Assembly (NCBI RefSeq): GCF_018977255.1
Contig: NW_024704743.1
Coordinates: 63,428,001-63,492,000, forward strand
DNA: 64,000 nucleotides
Source: Callorhinchus milii
Lineage: Eukaryota
Direction of reading: 5' to 3'
Shown here: in pieces, positions 31,715 to 44,878 of the stretch
How positions within the stretch are numbered: the first letter of the stretch is position 1
Layout of the letters: the number at the start of each line of letters is the position of its first letter
Notes under the pieces: model-generated
Database searches by the model: none
The model's input: only the letters and a program-made list of their open reading frames with translations
Told to the model about the DNA's origin: nothing
Position numbers and translations under genes: made by a program

Positions 31715-31934
31715 ACAACAACAACAAAATTACATTTGTTTAGCACCTTTCACGTTGCTAGGATGCGCCAAGGTGCTGTGCAGTCAGTGTTTTGGACCTG
31801 AGCTGGGGGTCTGGATCGGGGAAGGCAATCAAAGAGAAGGTTCTTGAGATGGGTCTTGAAGGAGGCAAGGGAGGAGGAGAGGCACTGCGGGATGGAGTTC
31901 CAGAGGGTGGGGGCAGAGTGGCTGAAGGCCCGCA
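31715..31934 (-). mobile_element. L2 LINE 3' tail
   Basis: RAFSHSAPTLWNSIP-type end and (CAA)n tail on the + strand. Confidence 0.85.
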
Positions 31935-32930
31935 CAACAACAACAAAATTACATTTATAGAGCGCCTTTCATGTCGGGAGGACGTCCCAAAGCGCTGAAC
32001 AGTCAGGTGTCAGGGCCCGAGCATGGGGGGGGGGGGGGGGTAAGGGGTGAGGGAAGGCAGAGAGGGGGGAGGGAGACCAAAGGCATGGTCGAAGAGAAGG
32101 GTCTTGAGACCGGCCTTGAAGGAGGCAAGGGAGGAAGTGAGGCGAAGGGACCGTGGGATGGAGTTCCAGCGTGTGGGGGCAGAGAGGCTGAAAGCCCGGC
32201 CACCGATGGTAGGGCGGGTCGGGCGGGAGACACGGAGCAGGCCGGAGCCCGCTGAACGGAGGGAGCGGGCAGGTTGGTAGGAGTCAGTAGTTCAGAGAGG
32301 TAGGAGGGGGCAAGGCCATGGATGGCCTTAAAGGTGAGGATGCCAATGGTGGGGTGGGCGAGGCGGGGGACGTGAAGCAGGCCGCTGAGTGGTGGGAGTG
32401 GGCAGGATGGTAGGGGGTTAGGAGGTTGCAGAGATAGGGAGGAGCAAGGGCATTGAAGGTGAGGACTAGGATCTTGACCTGTATCCTCCATATGTTGGGA
32501 AGCCAGTGGAGTGGGATGAGGATGGAGATGATAGAGTCGCGGAGCCTGATACGGGAGAGGACACAGGCGGCAGAATTCTGGATGAACTGCAGCCTATGGG
32601 GGGAGGAGGTGGGGAGACCGACAAGCATGGAGTTTGCATAGTTAAGCCTGGATGTTATAAATGCGTGTATGAGGTTTTCGGTGGCCTGAGGTGTGAGACA
32701 GTCGCAGAGCCAGGTGATGTTGCGAAGGTGGAGGAAGGCAGAGAGGATCATGGCATGGATGTGGGGTAGAAAGGATAGTTGAGGGTCAAACAAGCTGCCA
32801 AGTTCCAGGACTGGCTTTGTGAGGTGGAGTGTGCAACCATGGATGGTGATGCTGTCAGCGCCTGAGATGTGGAGGGCACTAATGGGAACTAATCAGGAGG
32901 GCCTCGGTCTTGTTGACATTCAACTGAAGA
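31935..32930 (-). mobile_element. L2 LINE 3' fragment(s)
   Basis: ORF 32284-32793 has FITSRLNYANSMLVGLP...LHWLP; tail matches the 52020-53800 copy; internal partial duplication. Confidence 0.9.
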
Positions 32931-35904
32931 ATATGTATAATATTTTTAACTAGAATTCCTATTCAAATTTTATCATACACAAGCATTCAGTGCAATGCTT
33001 TAAAGCAAGGATGTTATACAGGTAATCTTAAAAGTTCATCAATTGTATCTGAATGGACCAGAGATTCTGTATAAATCAGTACAAAAACTAATCAGATTTA
33101 ACTTTTTTCTACTTTATTCAAATTGATCAATTCTAATCACAGAAATACACCATGTTAGTTATCTAAAAATCATAATACAACAAAGACTGAATAGTCAACT
33201 CAAGAACAATTAGTAATTATATGGTTTTGCTTTATTGAGAATAGTTAATGACATCACCAAATATTGATTTAATAAATGGTTCTAACAGTTAAATAAATTG
33301 AGCGTCCGTTTTTGTTGTTTGCAGTTATTGTTGAATATTGTTTTTACGAAGGATTTCACATAAAAAGATATTAGGGATGAGCACTTGGTATTTGGTATCA
33401 TAATTTGTTTTGGAGACATTCAGGTGATAAAATACTCAATTTTGTGTTTTCTTTATTGGTGCAGCTTTAGGGGCCCAGCAATTTCTTCTTGTTTTTAATG
33501 AAGACTGAATTTAAGACTGTTTTCCAGAATTACACTTGATCTGAAATATTAACACAATGAATGATCTTAAACCTAAGAACATGTGAAATTTCATGCCTCT
33601 GAAGCTTAAATGCGGGGCGATGGAACAAATCATCATCACTCATCCAAAACTGAAAGAGGCAAAATGCTCATCGCAAAAAGATACAATGAGCTTTCACAAG
33701 ACTATGTCAGCACAATATAATAATAATCAGAACTGTAATAAAAATTTTCAAATTCAAAATTCAAAATTCAAAACAAGAACTGGGTTCTGAAAGTTGAGCC
33801 CACCCCAGTTAATTACCTTTTATGCAACTGAAATAGCAGTCTTAAAGTACAAGTTGCATTTCATGGATTTTCAATACACCAGCAAACACGTAACCCAATA
33901 TTTATTGCATTAATTAGCTTCATGCCCTTTTTGTGCAATGGATACTATTCTGAATTAAATATCTCCAACTATGCACAACCATACGATGAACTACATTTAC
34001 TGTACAAAGCAATGCAGCATTTGGTATACACTTACGGCAACAAGCATTAAAGGCATAATTTACATACAAAAATAACTAACTTGTTTTGGCTGTCTCATTT
34101 ATACATTAATTTCTAGAACTATACATTCTTTGTTTTAAAATACACTAAATCAAAATTGCATACCCCAGTAAACGATTAGTTTTGCTGCTACATTTATTGA
34201 AAGAAATAATGTAGATCAACTCTGTCACAAAAGCCTATCTTTATGGAGGTGTAGCAGTATCAGGCAGGATTGTAATACCAGATCAGAGTGTTAATAAGCA
34301 AAACATTTTATGATTGATTTTTGACTGCTAATCAAACTGATCCATATTGATCAATGTTAAGCTTTTTGAGATGTTTATTTACATGAATGCCATTTTATAA
34401 ATTCAAGTTGTTGTAGGGTCATAGTACTGCATCATAGTATTGCTGATAGTACATAACAGTAAATGACAATACTATCAGCTATGACAAGAGGTTCAGGTTA
34501 CGAAAGGAAATTTTAGGACAGACACAAGGAGCCATTTATTTTCCTATGGATCTGTGGCTTAAAATGTCACCTACTCTTAGTGTGCAAGATCATTTTATCT
34601 TAAAATTGCAGTTTTAAAAATAAAGTTTCCACAAGACAATTTAAGAAATTTCCACCATTATGTGCAAACATATTTAAGGTAAGTCCCACAACCCTTGTTG
34701 TATAATTGAGACGAGGTGGAATTTGATGCCACAGATACTGCTTTGAGAAAAGAAAATAGACAAAATGAGTTTATATGTAACAAATGGGAAATATAATGAG
34801 AAATAATCCTTGCATTTTATGTAGCGCCTTATCACGTCAAACATCTCAAAGTGCTTTGCAATGTTTTCTGTGAAGTATTTTTATCCATTCTCCATCGCTT
34901 TCTTCTTTCCCTGCCTGTTCCAAGCACCTTTACACATATTTGAGTCCACCACCCGATTTAAGTCTGAGATACTCTGCATCCCATTCTATACTTCTGAAAG
35001 CTCTGAAAGAACTAAGACACATTTACTGTTCAAAACACTGAACACAATATTTTATACAGAAAATTATAGCATTTATGATGAGTTAATGTGTTCAGATAGT
35101 AAATTATTAATGTCAGTAATTGATAGAACATTCAATTATAAAATAACTGAAAGGCACTAGCCTTATATTAAGGAGAAAATGCATAATTATAGATTGGAAT
35201 TATAGGTTGGGTGATAGGGAAAGCTGGGAACAGCTGGCCAGGTATGGGCTTATCACATGAATAAGTCTGAGAAGCTAATTACACATAAAATAAACTTTTT
35301 TTAAAAAAATGTGGAATACAAAAACAAATCTGTTTTCAAGAAAAAAAGCAAGGCTTATGCCATTATCAAAGCTTCTCCTGGAATGTTCCTTTAATAAAGA
35401 ACTATTTCACATTAAGATGTTACACTGTGGAACAGACAAACACCTGAACTGATGGATGTCTCAGCCAGAGCACTGATGAAGGAAGAAGTCCAGTGAAGAA
35501 TAATACAATAACAAGGCAGCAGAGAAATGATGGTACCTGAACCTCATCAATAGGGAGAGTGAGTCTGATTTTTACCTTTCTACATTCAACATTATATAAA
35601 GCAGTTTTACAAATTACTATAGATAATATCCCTTAGCAACAATATTGTAGCCAAATAAAAAGACCTCCTAACTTTAATACTTCCCTTTGCTTCTTCTATT
35701 CATTTTCTCATCCTTCCCTCCCTCTTCCAGGGTCGCTTTCCTTTCCCTCCCTCTTCCCATTGTCCTCATGCATATGAATACAATGTGTACCCAAAGATCC
35801 TCTCCCCCTTCCCCACAGGATCTATATTTGTGAGATGCATTCTGCTTCCTCTTCATGAAAATCCTACTTTCCACCCTACATCCATGGCCTCTCTGACCTG
35901 CTGA

Positions 35905-36000
35905 TATAACATAACATGTAGGAGCAGGAGTAGGCCATTCGGCCCTTCGAGCCTGCCCCGCCATTCAATCATGGCTGATCTTCTAATCTAACTTCAACTA
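35905..36000 (-). mobile_element. CR1 3' terminus
   Basis: aggagcaggagtaggccattcggcccttcgagcctgccccgccattc, a shark-type CR1 3' end; related copy near 41420-41600. Confidence 0.75.
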
Positions 36001-36009
36001 ATAACATAA

Positions 36010-36330
36010 CCCTGCCTTATCCCATTCTGACTCCCTACCAACTTGCTCGCTCCCTCCGTTCATGCTCCGTGTCTCCCGCCCGATTCGCCCTACGATTGGT
36101 GGCCGGGCTTTCAGCCTCTCTGCCCCCACACTCTGGAACTCCATCCCATAGTTCTCAAGACCCTTCTCTTCGACTGTGCCTTTGGTCTCCCTCCCATCTC
36201 TCTGCCTTCCCTCACCCCTACCCCACCCCTCCCCCATGCTCGGGCCCTGACACCTAACTGTTCAGCGCTTTAGGACATCCTCCCGATATGAAAGGCGCTC
36301 TATAAATGTAATTTTGTTATTGTTGTTATT
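36010..36330 (+). mobile_element. L2 LINE 3' fragment
   Basis: Same 3' end as the 53500-53800 region; (TTG)n tail. Confidence 0.85.
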
Positions 36331-36743
36331 GTACATTACTGAAACCCAGTCAGTCCATATGAATTCCTGATGTAAGGATTAACAAATGACCTTCCACCCA
36401 AGCTACATACTGCAACTCCATTTCACCCTTGTGTAGTTACATCTTCTTCCATTGCACCACTAAATTGGTTCCCTTTTGACCCCCTTCTTACAGTACCAGC
36501 CAGCGCTGTAAAAGTGGGGCTATCCTGGTGTCCTGAAAGTGGTCTATTTCTTTCACTGCTGTTGAGGATGCCAGCGGAGTCCACCATCTGGCACTTTCTG
36601 TTGCTCTGACATTGAGGCAGAGAGGAAGCAGTGATAGAGGACACTTGGGGGTGAGAATAGAATGAGCAGAAGCGGTTCTGAAGCAGACTTTACAGGTAGG
36701 GTAAGAGAGAGAGAGAGAGAGACATCTTTAGAAGCTGTTGAAA

Positions 36744-36825
36744 AAATGTTTGGCACATAAAGAATACAAAATATAATTTCCAAGAAATGTTTGGCACATA
36801 AAGAATACAAAATATAACTTCCAAG
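36744..36825. repeat. 41-bp tandem duplication
   Basis: aaatgtttggcacataaagaatacaaaatataa(t/c)ttccaag twice, one mismatch. Confidence 0.95.
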
Positions 36826-38250
36826 AAATAGTATTAATTCAAAGACCTCTGAATATCAATACTATCACAACAGTTCTCATCACTGCTCTTTCCAGGTTTC
36901 ATGCATGACCACAAACACACATACAAACACACACAGAATAAGTGTCTTATGCTAGCATTGCTCAGCTGGCTCTGTGATTCTATTTATCAAGTAAGCTGTT
37001 AGCTTTTTTTACCCTACACAAAGTAAATTCTTTGAAATTATCTGAACTTTTGTGCCATCCAAACAGATTCTACAAAGAAACAGTAATATACAAAAATGTC
37101 CCTGGGTATACATTTTTAAAAAAAAAGAGGTTTATTTCTCCCTTTAAATACTTCCTTCATTGATTCAAAAGTCAGAAGTTCTAATAACAACTTACAATAA
37201 ATTACTTATGATTTGTCAAGGCTCTGTTTTTAAAGCATAGTACACTTACTTGTTGTTGTTGTACTTTCCTTCAAATCTGATAAATACAAAAAAACAAAAT
37301 ACAACTAGAGCAACCAATCTGAAATATTATGTAACTTGGTCTCCTGTGTGTAAGGAAAACGTCCACATAAAATGTTAATCTCAGAAATTGATGCAGAAAA
37401 ACACTTGGTGGGCTGGCTTTGATCACCAGGAATGTGCCTTCTGTTAAGGAGAAGTGGAGAGAACACTTGGAAGAAAATATTTTAGTTGGTAGCCAACACA
37501 CGGACACCTGTCAGCCTGAACACTGCTGGTAAATATGCCCTACAGTATTGGGCCTAAGATCTTTAACCACAAAGGGTGTATGTGCTACCTGATTAGTCTG
37601 GGCTTTGCACAATAACCAACCAGGTATAAAAATAGAGAGTTCAGTCAAGCACAACCAGATGTAGACCTGCTTGCTGCTCACCCAGGAAATATGGCAACTG
37701 ATCAAAACTCATTTCTTGACAACCTGGTCGCTCCCATTATCGCGTCTTGCAGTAGTGGGTCTTTAATCTTTGTATAATCATTGACTGTGGAACTATAATT
37801 AAGGAAACAATTGTTTAACATCCAAATTGTGTGTACATTATTTCATCATTAATTAAATCAGAAAAATTTCCTTACATGTGTTTGATGCACTGGAGTAAAT
37901 TATTAGTCCTTATGATGCATGCGGCTTTGACACAGCACAAAATGAATCAATGATGAATAGAAACAGAACGTAGAGCTTAACTTAAATAACACAAGCACTC
38001 CGACAGTTCTGTCAATGTACGATTGTCCCACCAGGCACCCCTTTCTGATATCTGTAGCTGAAAATTAACAGGTCATTATCAGTTGGCCATTTGTTACTTG
38101 AGTAAAATCATTACACTTTGCATTTTCAGTGACGCTCCATCTTCAGTTCTACTCCACCCAGTACATTTGTGGTGGTTTCTCTTCAACTTAAAATTCTTCC
38201 CTGTCAATGTCCTTCATGCCAACGTGTTCTCTGCATCTGCGAGGTTACGG

Positions 38251-38423
38251 TTATGGAGTCCCCATCAGTATGTAAAACGTCAGAGCAACGATTAACAGCA
38301 GGCAGAAGGGAGACGAGAAGGTCTGATAAGTTGCTGAAGGCATGAACACATCCTCATACTTGTAGATACTGACAACATCGCCGGATACTGGTGGAGAGTC
38401 GATGTCATGTCGAGTGATTGAGC
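38251..38423 (-). CDS. FRRS1L: FRRS1L exon 5, last coding exon with hydrophobic C-terminal anchor
   Basis: [64 protein letters not shown] acceptor. Total CDS 903 nt = 300 aa plus stop. Confidence 0.96.
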
Positions 38424-39169
38424 CTTTCAGGTCAGCAACAGCACACAAAGAATGGGGAAAAATGCAGTAAAAAGATTAAATGCTGACTTGACACTATCCT
38501 ACATTATAAACATTTTCATTATTTATTTCCAGATCATTATCCCATTCTTTGAGCATGTTCTTATTTTAGCAACCACCCCTGTCCAGTGAGTGCTATGTCA
38601 AACAAAATGGCTTCTTTCTCACGATTATCCTGGTTTATATTTCCCTCCTAATCCAAATTTATTCCCAAATTCAAATGAATGGCTCACTTCTTGATATATC
38701 AAACATATGATTGGAGTTCAGATAGCAAGCATCTTCTCACAAAAGATAATAATAATCCTTACATTCGATTTAATGCCTTATCGCAACATTGAAATGTCCA
38801 AATCAAGCAGCCATAAAGTGAATGATTAATTCTGTCTGATGGAATGCTAGCCAGGAAAGCAGGAGAAGCTCCCTTCTCTGAACATATACATGCTCATGTT
38901 CCCTTCTTTTTATTTAAGGAAACAAATTATAAAATAAATGACTTCACTTCCTAGCGTGTTTGGCACAATTTGACTAAACTAACCTTCACAGCGTCTGTGA
39001 TGATGTTGAATAACTTGGGCATTAAAAAGTTGTTTGGCTTTGAAACTGTACCTGGCTGATGGAATTAAAGATTGGAAATTGGGCGTATGTCATGGCAGTT
39101 CTCAGTTATTTCTAAATAAAACAGGCCGTCAGTGACAAAACGAGCAACAGCTTCTAAGGATGCAACAAA

Positions 39170-39850
39170 ATAATAATAAAAAATACTTGCATTTGATATA
39201 GCACCTTATCATGTTGCTGAGATGTTTCAAAGCGCTTCACAGAATATAAAGTGATGTGACTGTGTATTTTGTGGGTGGACAATGCAGCTAATTTGCACAC
39301 GACAATGTCCCACAAACAGTCATGAAGTGAATGAGTAATTTTACCTGAGGGATTGTTGGCCAGGACGCCAGGATAAACTCCCTTCTCTTTTTGAATAGTA
39401 CAAAGGGATCTTTGAAGCCCATTTGGACAGACAGACGGGACCTAAGTTTAACATCTCATCTGAAGGATGGCACTTCTGACAATGTAGAACTCTGCCAGCA
39501 CTACATTGGAGTGTCAAGCAGACTATATGGGTTTAGAGTCCAGATATGGGGCTTGAACTAACAACCTTCTGATTCAAAGGCTTAGTTTAGTTGGGGATTG
39601 TTGGCCAGGATACAAGGCAAAATTATTTGTAATTTTCAAATAATGCTATGGGTTCTTTAATATCCACCTAAACAAGCGCAGACGGGACCTCGGTTTATCT
39701 GAAGGATGACACCTCTGACAATGTAGCGTAACCCCAGCACTGCAATGAAATATCAGAGTAGACTAGGAAATTCAAAATCCCAATGTGTTGCTTGAACCCA
39801 CAACCTTTTGGCTCCGAAGCAAAAGTGCTAGCAACTGAGCCAGGTTAACA
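39170..39850 (-). mobile_element. Two tandem Deu-type SINE copies
   Basis: Reverse core repeated at about 39350-39580 and 39595-39850; tRNA-like head at the right end. Confidence 0.8.
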
Positions 39851-39919
39851 CTCTGTTTGTATTACCTCACTTGGAAACTTCCCTGTGTCTGGAATTGAAT
39901 GCACCTGTTTATATGGTTA

Positions 39920-40170
39920 TCTAATTCCAGAGAGGATTAGGTGCAGTTTGGCGAGAGCCAAGACGAGGGGGACTCCAGAGTGCGCATTGGAGAATGAAAA
40001 GCGATGCCAATGAAACTCACTCAGAAAAACTAATAAACAGGGGGAGCATGCACATTCCATCCCAATACACAGGGATTTCCATATGTAGGTGAGATGCGTG
40101 GAACTCGCATGGATACTCTTAAGCATGGCGATGGGTTTCCAAATGTGTCAGACACCCGGCTGAACAAACA
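39920..40170 (+). repeat. Family X 3' part, inverted relative to 40268-40807
   Basis: Ends ggatactcttaagcatggcgatgggtttccaaatgtgtcagacacccggctgaacaaacaaa. Confidence 0.8.
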
Positions 40171-40267
40171 AATTACTATACTTGTTTGTTTTCCTAAATT
40201 TTTCAATTTAACAAAACATGCAAATTTTTTCTTCTCAAAACAGTCCTCTGAAAGTGACTGAATTTCT

Positions 40268-40807
40268 TTTTGGTCAGCTGGGTGTTTAACACATCACTAT
40301 GCTTAAGAGTATCCGAACCAAACCAAGCTGAGATTTCTATGCATCCCACCTACACATGGAAATTCCAGAGATAGATTGTTGGACTGGAATGCGCACTCTC
40401 TCCTTGGAGGGGCTCGTCCTGCTTACCTAATTCCGGAAAGGATTTGTCGCAGGTTGGCAAGTGCCAAGGCTTGGGGACCCCAGAGTGTGTGTTGGGGTAC
40501 TGCTGAAGGCTAGCCAGCTAAAAACCGCATAGCTTGCCATTGATATTGCTGTCTAGCAAGCTTTCCCACTGCTTGTCCAGCTTGGACAACCTTACCTGTT
40601 AGAGCTTTGTTGTGCAGTGTTAACAGATGCTGAATGGGATGACTCCCTGCCCCCAGTGACTGGTCTGCCCTTCCAGGTCCTGCCGATGAGCCAGGCTGGC
40701 TGTGCTGTCATCAGCAGTGCCTTGGAATACTGCGGACTCGCTTGGATCAGGAACCGGACTACCAAGGCCGCCACAGAGGGCTCACTCGATTCTGTTCAGC
40801 TCCAAGG
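40268..40807 (-). repeat. Unclassified interspersed repeat (family X), most complete copy
   Basis: Colinear similarity to about a dozen other segments in the window; minus strand ends GCTGACC followed by an A run. Confidence 0.85.
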
Positions 40808-41009
40808 TTTTTATAATGTTTATAAAAACATTATAAATTTAGAAAGCTGTGGTTTTTTTATTAGAAACTGAGATTCTTATTAGAAATTTGAAAACCCTGT
40901 ATGTTTGTCCTTTGCACCTTTGACACATTTTCTTACATTTTCAAATAAAATTAGAATCATTTTAGAAATTTCTCTAACTATAGCTATAACCAGAAAAATA
41001 CTGACTCAC

Positions 41010-41256
41010 CTTGTATGGCAGGACCCCATGCAAATAGATAATACCAGCTCAAATGAAGATCAATAATGGTCTCATCTCTGGGGACATACACTGGCCGCTT
41101 AAATCGACAAGTCACTCGGTTGTTCTCAAAGATACCTTCTTCATCCCTGGCTGGGTTTCTTTTGATCTCTTTGGCCCACTGTCCAACATTGTAGAAGTGT
41201 TGTATTCGAACTCTGCCATTGTCATCATGTACACAGGCCATTACATCATCTCCTCC
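41010..41256 (-). CDS. FRRS1L: FRRS1L exon 4 (247 nt, DOMON core)
   Basis: [41 protein letters not shown]...[20 protein letters not shown] acceptor, GTGAGT donor; phase 0 to 1. Confidence 0.97.
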
Positions 41257-41419
41257 CTACAAACATTCAAACACAACATGCCTTAGTTAAGAGCTTATGG
41301 ATCTAACTGAGTCATCGTCTTTATCTGTCAACAAAGTTGTGAATGTGCTATAAAAATTAATAAGCCTTGCATTTGATATAGTGCCTGTAACATTGAAGCA
41401 TAGTATCCAGGCCTGTGAT

Positions 41420-41600
41420 TTAGGAAGATAGGAACAGTAGGCCGTTCAGCCCTTCGAGCCTGTTCCACCATTTATTTAGATCATGGCTGATCTGTACCTC
41501 AACTAATCCTTTCAATTCCAATTTCCCGCTTTCTCCCCATATCCCTTAATACCTTGACCTACCAAAAATCTATCAACCTCACTCTTGAAGGTATAGATGG
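41420..41600 (-). mobile_element. CR1 3' terminus
   Basis: Similar to the 35905-36000 copy. Confidence 0.7.
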
Positions 41601-43334
41601 ATCCAGCTGAAGGTATGGATCGATATGATCTTCCAGATAAAATTGATCATTCATTTCATGACTGTTTTGTGAGACACTGCTGTGTGTATATTGGCGACCT
41701 CATTTCCATTCAAATACTGTACAGAGTCACTACACTTTATAGCAAATGCTATAAAATGTTCTGAAATATCTCGTGATAAGGTATATAAGTGATAAATTAT
41801 GATATATTTGATAAGTCGCTGTATCAAATGCAAGGATTATTCTTATTGCAAGAGGATCATTTTTTTAAAGAGGAAACTTGATGCCTATATTAGAGAGAAG
41901 GGAATAGAAGGAGGGGTGGAGGCTTATGTGGAGAATAAACACTGGCATAAATTAGTTGGGCTGAAAGGCCTGTCTCCATGATGTACAATCTATGTCATTA
42001 TTTGAAGGAGCAATAAAGTGTTTCAGACTGTGTGAGATTTACAAGGTTTATGTTAAAATAAATTGCATTTTTTTAATAATACCTGGTAGTTCTCAAGACA
42101 GTAAGTATCTAGAATGTGACATAAAATTAATCACAACAAAGGCCAAGGTTCACTATCCTTGCGTGAGAAGGAGTGTTAAAGTCAGTGTTTAGATTGAGGG
42201 TATCCATGTATTTTGAAGGCTTCCTATAATTTTGCATGGCAACTTTAAAACTGAGCTGAGCAATATGTCTATTATAAGAGCTCCCCTTACAGTTCTCCCA
42301 CTATATTGCATCACTGGGGAATCAAACATACAAACAATGAATAACAATACAATGTTGAAAATGCTTTTCAGTCTGGATTTGGTTGTTAATTATCTAAGAT
42401 TACAGATAAAATTATAGTTATGAACACACATTCACTGAGTATATATAAATATTTTTAAAAAGCATTGTGATCTCTAATCTTAGAATACCGTACCAGCAAC
42501 AAAATGTTCATATGGTTCATACAAATACACTGAAAACAGAGAATCTCAAATTAAATACACTTTTTGGTTGAATACTGTAACTTCCATTACAAACATTTCA
42601 GATCTTTAGAAAGAATAGGTGAATGAACAATTGTAAATTCAGGTAAACACTGACATAGCCCCTCTCATCTCTACACTTTTGTTTGTTGGTAACAATCGGG
42701 TGCCAAATAGGATAAGAAAGTAAATCTAATAAGTAAATACTTTCAGACTTGCCAACACAGCAGGTTCAGGGTTCTGGAGGGCAAGTTTGGGACAGACATC
42801 TGGTATTTCTTCACAAAGAGGGTATCCACAGATGGGATAGATATTAAGAAACCAGGACACTGGATTTGTTCAAGATACAGGCTGATGTTCTTATGGAATC
42901 ACAGTTAGGCTGGCATTCTGAATGCATAAGCTGAAGGGTATCTACATGTAAACCTTGTGATCATATGAACTTTGTCATTTACAATATCCCTGCCTGCCCA
43001 ATAATGTAATTGGTAGATGTATATATTCTTGCCTGTGAAAAATTGCCAATCTCAGGCAGGTTCTTTGGGAGACCCCAAAAATGTTTCCTGGAAGGAGGGA
43101 GGAAAAATAGCAAATCTTGTGTGCCTCCCAGTGACCAGTTCAAGATCTGCATCAAAGGAAATGTGGAACAAATTGCACTACACACGTCTAATGAAATGGG
43201 GAAATCCTGGGAGTGATTAAACGTACAGGTATACAGGGGCTGAGGGGGGGAAGAGAAACATAACTTTGTTACTAGAAAGCTTTATTTATGTGGTTTATGA
43301 TGTGAAACGAATCTCTTTGCTGTTATTTCCTTGA

Positions 43335-43685
43335 TATATCCCCTCTATCTCTCCGACCTCCTAACCCCCACCATCCTGTTCGCTCCCTCCACTCAGAGGG
43401 CTCTGGCCCCCGTCTTGCTCGCCCCACTATCGGCGGGCGGGCCTTCCGCCACTCTGCACCCACCCCCTGGAACTCCATTCCGCAGTCCCTCTGTCTCACC
43501 CCCTCCCTCGCCACCTTCAAGACCCACCTCTTTGACCGTGCTTTCAAACTCCCTGCTTCCCCCCTGCCTTCCCCCCTCCACACCCTGACCCTCAGCTCGG
43601 GTCCGTAACTCTGTCTGTCCAGCGCCTTGGGACATGCTTCCGACGTGAAAGGTGCTATACAAATGTAACTTTGTTGTTGTTGAAA
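43335..43685 (+). mobile_element. L2 LINE 3' fragment
   Basis: Matches the L2 3' end, ending gtgaaaggtgctatacaaatgtaactttgttgttgttg. Confidence 0.85.
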
Positions 43686-44513
43686 CATTTTCCAGGCATT
43701 TATTATTCTCTTGACAGAATGCTTAGGGATTCATATTTGGTGGAATTGGATAAATGTATGTAGAGTGCTGCTAAGGGTGGAATGACACTTGCAACAAAAA
43801 TGCAAGCCGGATTTTTAATCATCCCTTAAGTCTTTTATTGCACAAAAATGTCAGGATTCTTTTACTGCCAGCAGCAGAATTCAAACAAGGGTGTGCTTTT
43901 AGTTTAGTGGGGTTAAAATTACTGTCAGTCACTTTGTATCTTTCACGAAAAGCCAATAATTAGCAGGCAATGGTGACCAGACTGTACTGCACCCCAATTC
44001 ATCTATTCTTTCAATATTAATTGAAATGTATATGAAAATTTATTAGGACAAACAAAACAAATATCTATAAATTCATCATGTTTACAGTACTTGCTTTCCT
44101 ACATTCACTCTAATATGTGATATTGAATGTAGGAAACCAAGTGCTGTCAACATGATGACATGTTTACAATTCCATTTTTTCTTCATCCAGAAAGTACTTG
44201 ACAACTGGAAAAGCTTTTCAGGAAGGGTGGTTGAGTCATTTAACTTGAACTCATTTAAAAGACAACTTGATGCCATGATGAATGGACAATAGGCTGCGTA
44301 TTCTGAATGGATAAGTTCAGATAACAACAACAAAATGACAATTATATAATGCCTTTCACGTCAGAGAACGTCCCAAGGGTTTGCAGTTAAAGGTTTGCAG
44401 GGGGTTGGAATCAAGAGGGTCAGAAGAGCCTTCTTCATGCTTCGATGTTTGTGATCTTATTATTGTTTTCACTATGTGTATCTCTATTAAAACTACCCTT
44501 TGGGGAGCCTTAC

Positions 44514-44652
44514 CATCATTTTGTCAGAGGAGAATCCGACAGCTACCCAGCCATCAGTATCAGCACTCAACTCAAATTCCACATCAGCACCAATCCTACG
44601 GTAACTGAGGAAGTAATCACACGTGTCCGCATCACAGCCAGGTTTCCCATAT
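44514..44652 (-). CDS. FRRS1L: FRRS1L exon 3 (139 nt)
   Basis: [52 protein letters not shown] acceptor, GTAAGG donor; phase 2 to 0. Confidence 0.97.
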
Positions 44653-44741
44653 CTACAGTCAAGGAGAAGGGAGGGACAAATTCAAATACCATTAGAGTGA
44701 GTCCAAACTTAACTGATTTTATGTATTTCTTACTTCCTTCG

Positions 44742-44878
44742 TCATAATTGGCTGCCACATTTCGCCCACAAAATATAAAGTCAATTCACTTTACAGTATA
44801 TTCTATGAAGCACTTTGAGACATCTCAATGATGTGATAAGGCACTATATCAAATGCAAGGCTTATTATACTATTATTA
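44742..44878 (+). mobile_element. SINE 3' fragment
   Basis: aattggctgccacatttcgcccacaaaat...atcaaatgcaagg(ctt/att)n. Confidence 0.8.

Noticed and set aside
40680..40725. Hammerhead core in family X (CTGATGA on the minus strand)
   Set aside because: Not conserved in other copies (CTGATGG, TTGATGA) and no properly placed GAAA.
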